64,000 bases of DNA from Actinomycetota bacterium (GCA_016201065.1 JACQDL010000001.1:36708-100707); one strand, 5' to 3'; shown: positions 28,510-37,135, numbered from the stretch's first letter. Notes: generated from the sequence alone by a model not told the origin. Numbers and translations are program-made.

Positions 28510-31500
28510 GTGTCCGGTCTCCATCCGATACGTCTACCGGGCGTGAACCGGTCTGACCCGCCACGGGAGGTCGTCTTGCCGCCGTACGCTCGTCAGCCCG
28601 GGTACCGGGTCGCTGGTGCGGCACTCCTCCGCGCCACCGCCCACCCGATGCCGGAGGTCCCGCCGTGGCCGGACCTGGCCGACTCGACACCCGGGGCAGC
28701 CGCAGCCGGCGTGACCTGGCTTCGACAGGTCTGGGCGATCGACCACCTCGCCGACGCGATCGAGCACGCCAGCCCGGCGCTGGACCGGCAGGTACGGGCG
28801 CTGTGCGCCGCCGAGGTTCCCCCGGCTCGAAAGACCCGGCGTGCGGTGCTGTCGGTGGTGCGGTACCTGCACCGCATGACGGGGCGAGCCACGCCGTTCG
28901 GTTTGCTGGCGGGTGTCGCGTCGGCGAGTTTCGCGTCGCCCGCTCAGGTGCGGTGGGGTACCGACCACCGGCCTGTAGCCCGGGCCGCGGCGGAGTGGCT
29001 TGCCGGTGTGCTGGCGCGGTTGGAGGACTGCCCCGAACTTCTCGCCCGGCTGCCGGTGGTCGCCAACACCACACTGATGGTGCGTGGGGACCGGCTGGTC
29101 GTGCCGTATCAGCCGCAGGCCCGCGCCCGGGGGATCGGCGCGGTGGAGGTCTCGCTGCGGTACACCGCCGTCGTGCACGCCGTCATCGAAGCAGCCAGCA
29201 CACCGATCCAGATGGAGGATCTGGCCGCGACAATCCAGGCCGACCATCCGACGGCGCCCGGGGCGAAGATCACCGCGATGCTCACCGAACTGGTCCAGCG
29301 TGGTGCGCTGCTCACCAGCGTTCGCGCACCCAGCACCGAGCCGGACGCCTTGGGGCATCTTGTGGACCAGTTGGACGCGGTCGGCGCCCCCACCCTTGGC
29401 GCGGTCGGTGGGCTGGCCACGGCGGTGCGGGAGGTCCACTCAATGCTTGAGCGGCACAACCAGACGCCCGCCGCTGAGGGACGCCAGATCCGGGTAGCAG
29501 CCTCCACCCGGATGCGTGAGCTGGCGCCCACCACACGGCACCCCTTGGCGTTGGACCTTCGGCTCGACGGGACCTTCGTTCTTCCCGAGCAGGTCGCGCG
29601 GGAGGTCGAACACGCCGCGTGGGTGCTGACCCGGTTGAGCGCCTATCCGGTGGGGACGCCGACGTGGCGCGGCTACCACCAGCGGTTCTACGAACGGTTC
29701 GGTATCGGTTCGCTGGTTCCGCTGCGTGAGGTGATCGGCGACAGCGGCATCGGCTGGCCTGACGGCTACCCGGGTACGGTCGTACCAGAGCCCCGTTCGC
29801 CGATGTCGAGCCGGGACGAGACCCTGCTGGGGTTGGCCCAACGCGCCGCCCTCGACGGCCTCGACGAGGTTGTCGTGGATGAGCACCTGATCTCGGCGCT
29901 GCGGCTGGGGCCGACGCAGCACCGCCCACCGGCGCATCTGGAGATCGGTGTCCGGATACGTGCCACAAGCCACGCGGCCATGGCGTGCGGTGACTTCCTG
30001 ATCGAGGTGCTCAACGTCTCGCGTGCGGCTGGCGTGCTGACCGGACGGTTCCTCAGCGTCCTGGACCCCGAGGGCCGGACCGGCCTGGCGCGTACCCTCA
30101 CGGATCTGCCCGGTACCGACGGTGACACGGTGGCGGCACAGCTGTCGTTCCCGCCACTGGACCCCGCGACCGCGCACGTCACGCGGGCGATGCCGATCCT
30201 GCCCACCGTGGTCAGTCTTGCCGAGTACCGCACCGCTGACGAGCGGGTCTTGACCATCGACGATCTCGCGGTGGGCTGCGACGGCCACCGGATGTACCTG
30301 GCGGCGCCGGCCCGTGGACTGCGGGTGGAGGCCGCGGGTGCGCATGCGCTGAACCTCAAGACCCACACCCCGCCCCTCGCCCGGTTCCTGATCGAACTCA
30401 GCCGGGCGCAGTGCGCGCAGGTCACAGTGTTCTCCTGGGGCGCTGCCGGGTGCCTGCCGTTCCTGCCACGGTTGCGCTACGGCCGTACCGTCCTGTCCCC
30501 GGCGCGGTGGCGGCTGGAGGCATCCGACCTCCCGGCCCGCGGGGCGCCGTTGGTCGCCTGGGAGCGTGCCCTGACCGTGTGGCGGGCGCAGCGGCGGGTA
30601 CCGGGCCTGGTGTATCTGGCCGAAGGGGACCGGCTGCTGCCACTGGACCTGGACCGCTGCGGGCACCGTGTCCTGTTGCGCACCCACCTCGCCTCGACGC
30701 CGCACGCGGTGCTGATCGAAGCCCCCGGCGTTCACGACACCAACGACTGGTGCGGCGGGCGCGCCCACGAACTCATCGTTCCGGTCGTCGCCACCGAACC
30801 GGCATCGTGGCCGCCGCTGCCGACACCGACCGGCGCACGCGTCGTCGGCCGCGAGCACACCCACACGCCTGCCGTCTGCGGGGTCATGCTGGCCAGCCTG
30901 TACGGGGATGTCCACCGCCAGGACACCATCTTGTCCGGATACCTTCCCGCGCTGCTGGCCGAGTTCGACGAACCCGCCTGGTGGTACATCCGCTACCGCG
31001 ATCCCGACCACCACCTGCGGCTACGGTTCGCGTTGACCGACCCGGCGAGGTTCGGTGAGATGGCCCGCGCGGTCAGCACCTGGGCGGAGGAACTCAACCG
31101 GATCGGATTGGTGCGCGACCTGCGGTACCCGACATCCCATCCGGAGATCGGGCGCTGGGGATCGGGCCCGGCCTGGGCTGCCGCGGAGGAGGTGTTTCGC
31201 GCCGACTCCCGGGCCCTGCTGGTTCAGCTGGGCCAACTGTGCCACCCACACCGGCTGGCACTCACGGCCGCCCACACAGTCGCCATCACGATCGCGTTCA
31301 CCGGCAGCGCGACCGCCGGCATGCGGTGGCTGTTGGACCATGTGCCGGCCACCGCCCCGACGCCGGTGCCGCGGCCGGTCTTCGCCGAGGCTGTTCGCCT
31401 GGCTGATCCCCGCGGCGGTTGGGCGTGTCTGCGCGCCGCACCTGGTGGGGCGGCGATCCACGACGTGTGGCCGCCGCGCGAGACGGCTCTGGCCGCCTAC

Positions 31501-31683
31501 CGCCGCCACCTCGACGGCCCACACACCCAGGGCATCGCCGTCGATGACGTTCTCCGGTCCCTCCTGCACGCCAACTTCGTGCGCGCCAGCGGCATCGACT
31601 TCGACGGCGAAGCCACCGGGTTGTACCTGGCCCGTGCCGCGGCCCTCGCCTGGACGGCCCGCACGACAGGCCGTCAGCCATGA
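28510..31683 (+). CDS. lanB: Lanthipeptide dehydratase (glutamylation and elimination domains), 1057 aa
   Basis: YLHRMTGRATPFGLLAG, LPFLPRLRYG..VL.PARW, C-terminal WWYIRYRDPDHHLRLRF, YP...E..RWG. Confidence 0.94.
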   Translation: MSGLHPIRLPGVNRSDPPREVVLPPYARQPGYRVAGAALLRATAHPMPEVPPWPDLADSTPGAAAAGVTWLRQVWAIDHLADAIEHASPALDRQVRALCAAEVPPARKTRRAVLSVVRYLHRMTGRATPFGLLAGVASASFASPAQVRWGTDHRPVARAAAEWLAGVLARLEDCPELLARLPVVANTTLMVRGDRLVVPYQPQARARGIGAVEVSLRYTAVVHAVIEAASTPIQMEDLAATIQADHPTAPGAKITAMLTELVQRGALLTSVRAPSTEPDALGHLVDQLDAVGAPTLGAVGGLATAVREVHSMLERHNQTPAAEGRQIRVAASTRMRELAPTTRHPLALDLRLDGTFVLPEQVAREVEHAAWVLTRLSAYPVGTPTWRGYHQRFYERFGIGSLVPLREVIGDSGIGWPDGYPGTVVPEPRSPMSSRDETLLGLAQRAALDGLDEVVVDEHLISALRLGPTQHRPPAHLEIGVRIRATSHAAMACGDFLIEVLNVSRAAGVLTGRFLSVLDPEGRTGLARTLTDLPGTDGDTVAAQLSFPPLDPATAHVTRAMPILPTVVSLAEYRTADERVLTIDDLAVGCDGHRMYLAAPARGLRVEAAGAHALNLKTHTPPLARFLIELSRAQCAQVTVFSWGAAGCLPFLPRLRYGRTVLSPARWRLEASDLPARGAPLVAWERALTVWRAQRRVPGLVYLAEGDRLLPLDLDRCGHRVLLRTHLASTPHAVLIEAPGVHDTNDWCGGRAHELIVPVVATEPASWPPLPTPTGARVVGREHTHTPAVCGVMLASLYGDVHRQDTILSGYLPALLAEFDEPAWWYIRYRDPDHHLRLRFALTDPARFGEMARAVSTWAEELNRIGLVRDLRYPTSHPEIGRWGSGPAWAAAEEVFRADSRALLVQLGQLCHPHRLALTAAHTVAITIAFTGSATAGMRWLLDHVPATAPTPVPRPVFAEAVRLADPRGGWACLRAAPGGAAIHDVWPPRETALAAYRRHLDGPHTQGIAVDDVLRSLLHANFVRASGIDFDGEATGLYLARAAALAWTARTTGRQP

Positions 31684-32954
31684 CCAGCGAACACCTCGCC
31701 AGCGCCATGGCCGGCGCCGTCGCCGATCGACTGGCGCGCCCCGATACCGTGCCCACGCACCTGACCGAGGCGATCTGGTGGCGGCAATCCCTGGCGCATG
31801 GCGCGCCCGGAATCGCGCTGCTACACGTCGAGCGCGCCGCCGCCGGACTCGGACCATGGGAGCGGGCACACGACTGGCTCGCCTACACGGCGCGCGCCGC
31901 GCTCACCACCGGACCCGACAGTCACCTGTTCTACGGCGCCCCAGCCCTCGCCCACGTCCTCGCCTGCGCCGCCGCGCACCGGCCCGGCGCCTACACCCGG
32001 GCGCTGGCCCGCCTTGACCACGCCATTGCCGTCGACACCCACAACCGAGTCGGTGACGCCCACGCCCGCATGGACCGGGGCGAGCTGCCCGCCCTCGCCG
32101 ACTTCGACGTGATTCGAGGTCTCAGCGGTGTCGGCTCCCTGCTGCTGCGCCGCGACCCCCACGGCCTGGCGCTGCACGCCGTCCTCGACTACCTCGTCCG
32201 GCTCACCGAGCCCGTGAGGGGCGACGGGCAGGCCCTGCCCGGCTGGTGGACCACGTCGAGTCCCTCCGGGCGCGACAGCGGCCAGTTCCCCGGAGGCCAC
32301 GGCAACACTGGTGTGGCACACGGCATCGGTGGTGTGCTCGCCCTGCAGGCGCTCGCAACTCGACACGGCATCACCGTGGACGGCCAGCGGGAGGCCATGG
32401 GACGGATCTGCGCCTGGCTGGACCGGTGGCGCACCGACACCGGCGCGGGCCCAGTCTGGCCGTACTGGGTCAACCTCGCTCACCTGCGCGCCGGACACCA
32501 CGACACCACCGACCGGCAGCCACCGAGCTGGTGCTACGGCACCGCCGGCCTGGCCCGGGCCCAACAACTGGCCGCCATGGCCACCGGTGACACCCACCGC
32601 CAAGACTTCGCCGAACGCGCACTGGTCCAGGCCCTATCGGGTGTCGTTCAACGCTCCACCACGACGAATGCCTCCCTATGTCATGGCTACGCCGGGTTCG
32701 CCCACATCGCCAGTATCGTGGCGGCCGACGCCAGCACCGATGCCGCTGCGGCACTGCGGGCACTGACCCAAGACCTGCTGAACGCGCTCCAACCCGCCGA
32801 CGTCGATCCCGCCGAGACCGCCGCCCGCCTCGTTCGCGGCGACGACGGACCGGGATTCCTGGAAGGCGCCGCCGGGATCGCGCTGGCGGTCCTGGCTCCC
32901 AGCGCCGCGACCCGGCCCCAAACCGGCTGGGACACCTGCCTGCTCATCACCTGA
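31680..32954 (+). CDS. lanC: Lanthionine synthetase C (cyclase)
   Basis: FDVIRGLSG, GVAHGIGG, SWCYGTAG and LCHGYAG (Zn ligands Cys/Cys/His intact), FLEGAAG. Confidence 0.94.
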   Translation: MTSEHLASAMAGAVADRLARPDTVPTHLTEAIWWRQSLAHGAPGIALLHVERAAAGLGPWERAHDWLAYTARAALTTGPDSHLFYGAPALAHVLACAAAHRPGAYTRALARLDHAIAVDTHNRVGDAHARMDRGELPALADFDVIRGLSGVGSLLLRRDPHGLALHAVLDYLVRLTEPVRGDGQALPGWWTTSSPSGRDSGQFPGGHGNTGVAHGIGGVLALQALATRHGITVDGQREAMGRICAWLDRWRTDTGAGPVWPYWVNLAHLRAGHHDTTDRQPPSWCYGTAGLARAQQLAAMATGDTHRQDFAERALVQALSGVVQRSTTTNASLCHGYAGFAHIASIVAADASTDAAAALRALTQDLLNALQPADVDPAETAARLVRGDDGPGFLEGAAGIALAVLAPSAATRPQTGWDTCLLIT

Positions 32955-32985
32955 GCAACACCCCACCCCACCGTCTGCGAAGGAG

Positions 32986-35088
32986 ATGCCGCACCCGATG
33001 CCACCGACCCCCTGGCGCCAGTACAACGTCGAGTTTCCCGATCGGGCGACCGCGGCGTGGACCGCCGCGCACGACCTCCACCCGGCGTTGACCGCGGCAC
33101 AGGAGACCGGTGCGCTTCACGGGTGGTGGTTCGTGCGTAAACAACCCTGGAAGCTCCGATACCTACCCGACGACCCCGACTCCCGTGTGATCACCGAACT
33201 GTTGGACACGCTCACCACGCAGGGCCGGGTCGCCGGGTGGGCGGTGGGGACCTACGAACCCGAAACGCGGGCCTTCGGCGGTGACGCCGCGATGGACGTC
33301 GCCCACGCGCTGTTCCACCGCGACAGCCACCACATCCTGGCCCGCGCCGCGCAGGCCAACGGCGCGCTCCCGTGGCGGCGGGAGACCACGGTCCTGTTGT
33401 GCAGTGCCATGCTGCGCGCCGCGGGGTTGGACTGGTACGAGCAGGGCGACGTCTGGTCGAAAGTCGCCGCGTTGCGCCCCGACACACCCACGACCACCAC
33501 CACCGGACGAGCCACGGCACTGGTGGGGTCCATGCGGCAGCTCATGGCCACCGACACCCGCACCTTGTGCGCACCCGGTCGTGGTCCCCTCGCCGGCTGC
33601 GGCAGCTGGCTGGACGCCTTCGAGAGCACCGGGTACCAGCTGGCGGAGCTGGCACGGCACGGCGAGCTGACCCGGGGACTACGCGCCGTCCTCGCCCACC
33701 ACGTCATCTTCCACGCCAACCGCGCCGCGCTACCCGCAGCTGACCAGGCCACCCTGGCCGGGTTGGCGGTCGACGCCGTCTTCACCTCCACCGACGACCC
33801 CGTGTCGCCACTCACCGCGACACCACCACCCACTAAGGTGCCCGAAATGACCACTGTCCGTGACGACATCCCCGCCGCGTCCGCCGACCAACTGCGCCAC
33901 GATCTCACCACCCGGCTACATGGAATGAACGCCATTCGGACCCCCGCCATCGAAGCGGCCTTCCGGCGGACACCGCGACACCTGTTCCTTCCGGGTCTAC
34001 CGGTGGAGCAGGCATACGCCGACACCCCCATCTACACCAAGCAGGATGCCTGTGGCGCGTCGATCAGCGCGGCCTCCCAACCATGGATGGTCGCGGGCAT
34101 GCTCGAACAGCTCGACGCCCAACCCGGCGAGCGGATCATGGAAGTCGGTGCGGGCACGGGATACAACGCGGCGCTGCTCGCCGCGGTCGTCGGCGCGCCC
34201 GGTCACGTCACCACGATCGACGTCGACGACGACCTCGTCACCGCTGCCCGACAGCACTTGAGCGCCGCCGGCGTCGGCAACGTCGACGTCGTCCTCGGCG
34301 ATGGCGCGCTGGGGCATCCCGAAGGCGCCCCCTATGACCGGATCATCGCCACGGTGGGCGCCTACGAGACACCCACCGCGTGGCTGGAGCAGCTCGCACC
34401 CGGCGGGCGTCTGGTCGTTCCGGTCCGGCTGCGCGGCACCACCTCCCGCTCCATCGCCTTCGAGCGCGACACCCACGCCTGGGTCAGCCGGGGCTCCAAG
34501 CTGGCGGTCTTCATGCCGCTGCGCGGGATCGCCGACGACGCCCGGCGGATCGTCGCGCTCACCCCCGAGCAGGATGTGACACTGCAGGTCAACAAGGACC
34601 ATCTGGTTGACGACCCGGCCCTGGTGGGAGTGTTGGACACCACCCGGCATGAGGAATGGTCCGGTGTGCACCATCCACCCAACGTTCCGTTCGAGTGGAT
34701 GGAACTGTGGTTGTGCCTGCGCCTGGACAATCCCCTCATGCGCATGAACACCCAACCCTCGGCGGCCGACCGTGGCCAGGTCACCCCCATGTTCCCGTGG
34801 GGTTCCATGGCCACCACCCGAGACCATGACCTTGCCTACCTCACCATCCGACCAGCACCACCGGCCAGTGACGGCGGGAAGCTGTACGAGGTCGGCGTCA
34901 TCGGCCACGGACCCGACGGCAGCAGCCTCGCGCAGCGCGTCGCCGAGGAGATCCGGACCTGGGACGGCCAATTCCGTGGCCGTGGCGCCCGATTCGAAAT
35001 CCCCGACACGCCCACCACCAACGACCCGGCAGCCGGTCGATTCGTCCTGGACCGACCCCACCACCCCATCACCGTCATCTGGGAATGA
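32986..35088 (+). CDS. Fusion of a Lant_dehydr_C-like glutamyl-lyase domain and a PIMT-like O-methyltransferase (FxLD system)
   Basis: N-terminal WWFVRKQPWKLRY, YEPE...FGG..AMDVAHALFH.DS, HHVIFHANR. C-terminal AFRRTPRHLFLP, SAASQP, MEVGAGTGYNAA (SAM), YDRIIATVG, PGGRLVVP. Confidence 0.92.
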   Translation: MPHPMPPTPWRQYNVEFPDRATAAWTAAHDLHPALTAAQETGALHGWWFVRKQPWKLRYLPDDPDSRVITELLDTLTTQGRVAGWAVGTYEPETRAFGGDAAMDVAHALFHRDSHHILARAAQANGALPWRRETTVLLCSAMLRAAGLDWYEQGDVWSKVAALRPDTPTTTTTGRATALVGSMRQLMATDTRTLCAPGRGPLAGCGSWLDAFESTGYQLAELARHGELTRGLRAVLAHHVIFHANRAALPAADQATLAGLAVDAVFTSTDDPVSPLTATPPPTKVPEMTTVRDDIPAASADQLRHDLTTRLHGMNAIRTPAIEAAFRRTPRHLFLPGLPVEQAYADTPIYTKQDACGASISAASQPWMVAGMLEQLDAQPGERIMEVGAGTGYNAALLAAVVGAPGHVTTIDVDDDLVTAARQHLSAAGVGNVDVVLGDGALGHPEGAPYDRIIATVGAYETPTAWLEQLAPGGRLVVPVRLRGTTSRSIAFERDTHAWVSRGSKLAVFMPLRGIADDARRIVALTPEQDVTLQVNKDHLVDDPALVGVLDTTRHEEWSGVHHPPNVPFEWMELWLCLRLDNPLMRMNTQPSAADRGQVTPMFPWGSMATTRDHDLAYLTIRPAPPASDGGKLYEVGVIGHGPDGSSLAQRVAEEIRTWDGQFRGRGARFEIPDTPTTNDPAAGRFVLDRPHHPITVIWE

Positions 35089-35089
35089 C

Positions 35090-36217
35090 ATGCACCGCAC
35101 CGGGCCGATCGCCCGCCGCTTCCCCCTCGTGGCCCGCGCCCGCCCACCGTGCCCGCCGCTGGCAGACCGGGTCGACCGACTGCGCGCACTCGCCGACACA
35201 GCCGACCAGAACGACGACCTCGCCACCGCCTCCGCCGTCTTCAACCAGGCGGCGCTGCTCGCCTCGGACTGCGGTCTACCCGACCTGGCCAGGCAGTGGT
35301 GCCACCGGCACACCGGTGTCCACCTGCGGGCGCTGCCTGTGGACGCGCGGGCGGCCCGCCACGCCCTGGAACCCATCGTCAACCTCGCCCGCCTGCACAT
35401 CCGGGCAGGCCACGGCGACACCGCATTCCACCTCTTGGACTCCCTCTTCGAGGCGGTCGATGCCCGCACTGATGTCGTCATCGACGGTGTGTCGCTGCCC
35501 ATCACCCAGCTGACCCGGACAGCCACCGACCACCGAGAACTCCGCCAGTGGCTGTGGACCGTTCACCTCGCCGACGGCAGCCGCGCCCTCACCAGCATCG
35601 GCCGCTGGCAGGACGCCCACGAGCACCTGCACCGCCGACACGGCATCGGCACACGGATGCTCGACGGCCGCCAGGTTGCGGTCATCACCCACCTCACCGC
35701 GGACAACCACGCGCACGCCAAAGCACTGATCGACGGCACCGCAGCCGGCGAGCCCTGGGAGTCCGCCGTGACCAGATGCCTGGCCGCACTGTGCCACGCA
35801 GACGGTGACCACGCGACCCTCAACGACATCACCGCCATGCTGGAGGGCTACCGACCACTCCCCCCCACCCCCAGCCTGGCCGTGTTCCACGGCCGGTTGT
35901 GCCTGTCCGTCATCGACGCGGCCGGTGGCATCAGGCATCCCGGTGCACGCGACCTCGCCAACACGCTGATCCAGCAGACGCGGGCCTCCCGCGACGGGTA
36001 CCTCACACGCGACGTACTCGCCCACGACGGCTGCGTCACAATGCTCACCAACGACCAACGGCGCGACCTCGGTGAGATGCTCAAGGCCACCGCGCTGGGA
36101 CTCCGGGACATCCCCACGCAGCTGTACGCACGCCTCACGGCGGCATTGGACACCAGCGAAGCCGTGCTGGCGCGCACGTTGGCCGCGCGACCGCAGCGCA
36201 CCCGGTCTGTCAGGTAG
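35090..36217 (+). CDS. Conserved hypothetical protein coupled to the FxLD cluster (helical/TPR-like)
   Basis: ATG 1 nt after the methyltransferase stop; RFPLVARARPPC.PL..RV, AVFNQAALLASDCG.PDLA, LEP.VNLARL; 375 aa intact. Confidence 0.75.
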   Translation: MHRTGPIARRFPLVARARPPCPPLADRVDRLRALADTADQNDDLATASAVFNQAALLASDCGLPDLARQWCHRHTGVHLRALPVDARAARHALEPIVNLARLHIRAGHGDTAFHLLDSLFEAVDARTDVVIDGVSLPITQLTRTATDHRELRQWLWTVHLADGSRALTSIGRWQDAHEHLHRRHGIGTRMLDGRQVAVITHLTADNHAHAKALIDGTAAGEPWESAVTRCLAALCHADGDHATLNDITAMLEGYRPLPPTPSLAVFHGRLCLSVIDAAGGIRHPGARDLANTLIQQTRASRDGYLTRDVLAHDGCVTMLTNDQRRDLGEMLKATALGLRDIPTQLYARLTAALDTSEAVLARTLAARPQRTRSVR

Positions 36218-36273
36218 CGGCCGGCTGACGGTGGAGGGTCGTTCGCGTAGGTGGGCTCGGCCGCTGGGCTCAG

Positions 36274-36502
36274 CGGCAGCTGCCAGCGACCAGGAGCGGC
36301 CGTTGACGACGACATCCGCCCCACCAGCAGACCATCATCATCCGTCGGTTGCACGACGGCGACGAACAGGGACGGCAGCGCCGTGGCCTCCGGAACCCAC
36401 CGCAGGGCGAAGTGCCGGTAGGTCACCCGTGCCCAGGACAGGACCATGCTGTGGGGTCCCTCCCACTCCAGCCCCGCGCACGCCACCACGGGCCCGTCGA
36501 AA
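36274..36502 (-). pseudogene. NUDIX-type hydrolase internal fragment, cut at the cargo boundary
   Basis: FDGPVVACAGLEW...TYRHFALR...LLVGRMSSSTAAPGRWQLP stops just before where the Nudix box (GG..E) would be expected; no start. Confidence 0.65.
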
Positions 36503-36541
36503 CCCTGAACGGCCGGGCTTGCGCCAGCAAAGAAGGGGTCA
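36503..36541 (-). mobile_element. IS605 left end, outer half, plus target tetramer TGAC (36541-36538)
   Basis: Minus strand TGAC|CCCTTCTTTGCTGGCG-CAAG-CCCGGCCGTTCAGGG. CAAG predicts TGAC under the IS608 guide/target pairing rule. Confidence 0.85.
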
Positions 36542-36842
36542 CCGACGAGTCGTCTACGCCATCGAGGCCCTCGCCGAAGCAGGGCCCAACCTGGGCCGGC
36601 CGCTCGTAGACCGGGTCAAGGGCTCCACAGTGCACAGCTTCAAGGAACATCGACCTGGCTCGGCAGGCACCAGCGAGATCAGGGCCCTGTTCGTGTTCGA
36701 CCCCTGGCGTTCGGCGATCGTGCTGGTCGCCGGAGACAAGGCCGGCAACTGGAACGGCTGGTACCGCCAAGCCATCCCGCGCGCCGAGGAGCTGTAGGCG
36801 ATCTACCTGGAGGAACGAGCCCACGAGGAGAGTGCACCGTAG
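36538..36842 (+). pseudogene. 3' part of RelE/ParE-superfamily (HigB/Gp49-like) toxin, with a premature TAG at 36795
   Basis: HRRVVYAIEALAEAGPNLGRPLVDRVKGS...E.RPGSAGTSEIRALFVFDPWRSAIVLVAGDKAGNWNGWYRQAIPRAEEL*AIYLEERAHEESAP*. Confidence 0.88.
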
Positions 36843-37113
36843 GCGACACCCGCTGGTCGCAGATCCGCAACAAGCACATCGCCGCGGCCTGACTCAACGC
36901 GACATCGCGGCCGTCATGGGCGTCACCGTCGGCCGGGTCTCCCAGATCGAATCGGGCGACGTCTCCGGCATTGACGTCCTCGACCGCTACGTCACCGCCA
37001 TCGGCGGCCTGCTGGAGATCGTCGCCAACTTTGGCGACGAACAATTCAAGGGAGGACGTCGAGGGTGTCCAGGCCCCGTTGGGTGGCGGATCTGGTTCCT
37101 CACTGTGGGTTGA
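36839..37113 (+). pseudogene. HigA-like HTH antitoxin remnant (internal deletion, no clear start)
   Basis: DTRWSQIRNKHIAAA, then a frame change to RGLTQRDIAAVMGVTVGRVSQIESG...LDRYVTAIGGLLEIVANFGDE. Confidence 0.8.
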
Positions 37114-37119
37114 CCGACG
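37105..37119 (+). repeat. 15-bp direct repeat, right copy (GTGGGTTGACCGACG)
   Basis: Identical to 23830-23844. Confidence 0.85.
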
Positions 37120-37135
37120 GACGCGCACCCTCTAC

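Larger units (their letters stand above)
23890..36537 (-). mobile_element. Degenerate IS200/IS605-family element (divergent tnpA/tnpB) with about 11.6 kb of cargo in its left end
   Basis: Right end GAAT-hairpin-TCAA at 23923-23890; left end starts at 36537 after target TGAC, guide CAAG at +17..+20; tnpA and tnpB remnants; empty-site reconstruction restores the toxin ORF. Confidence 0.9.

Noticed and set aside
23890-36537. Whole 12.6-kb unit as a currently mobile cargo-carrying IS605 transposon
   Set aside because: The left-end hairpin that TnpA must bind is split by the cargo and the local tnpA is dead; the cargo most likely arrived after the IS inserted.
37051-37104. Missing toxin N-terminus located just before the right repeat (attP-in-toxin model)
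   Set aside because: Translation in the toxin frame (ADLVPHCGLTD) is not toxin-like, so a simple circular-permutation model is unsupported.
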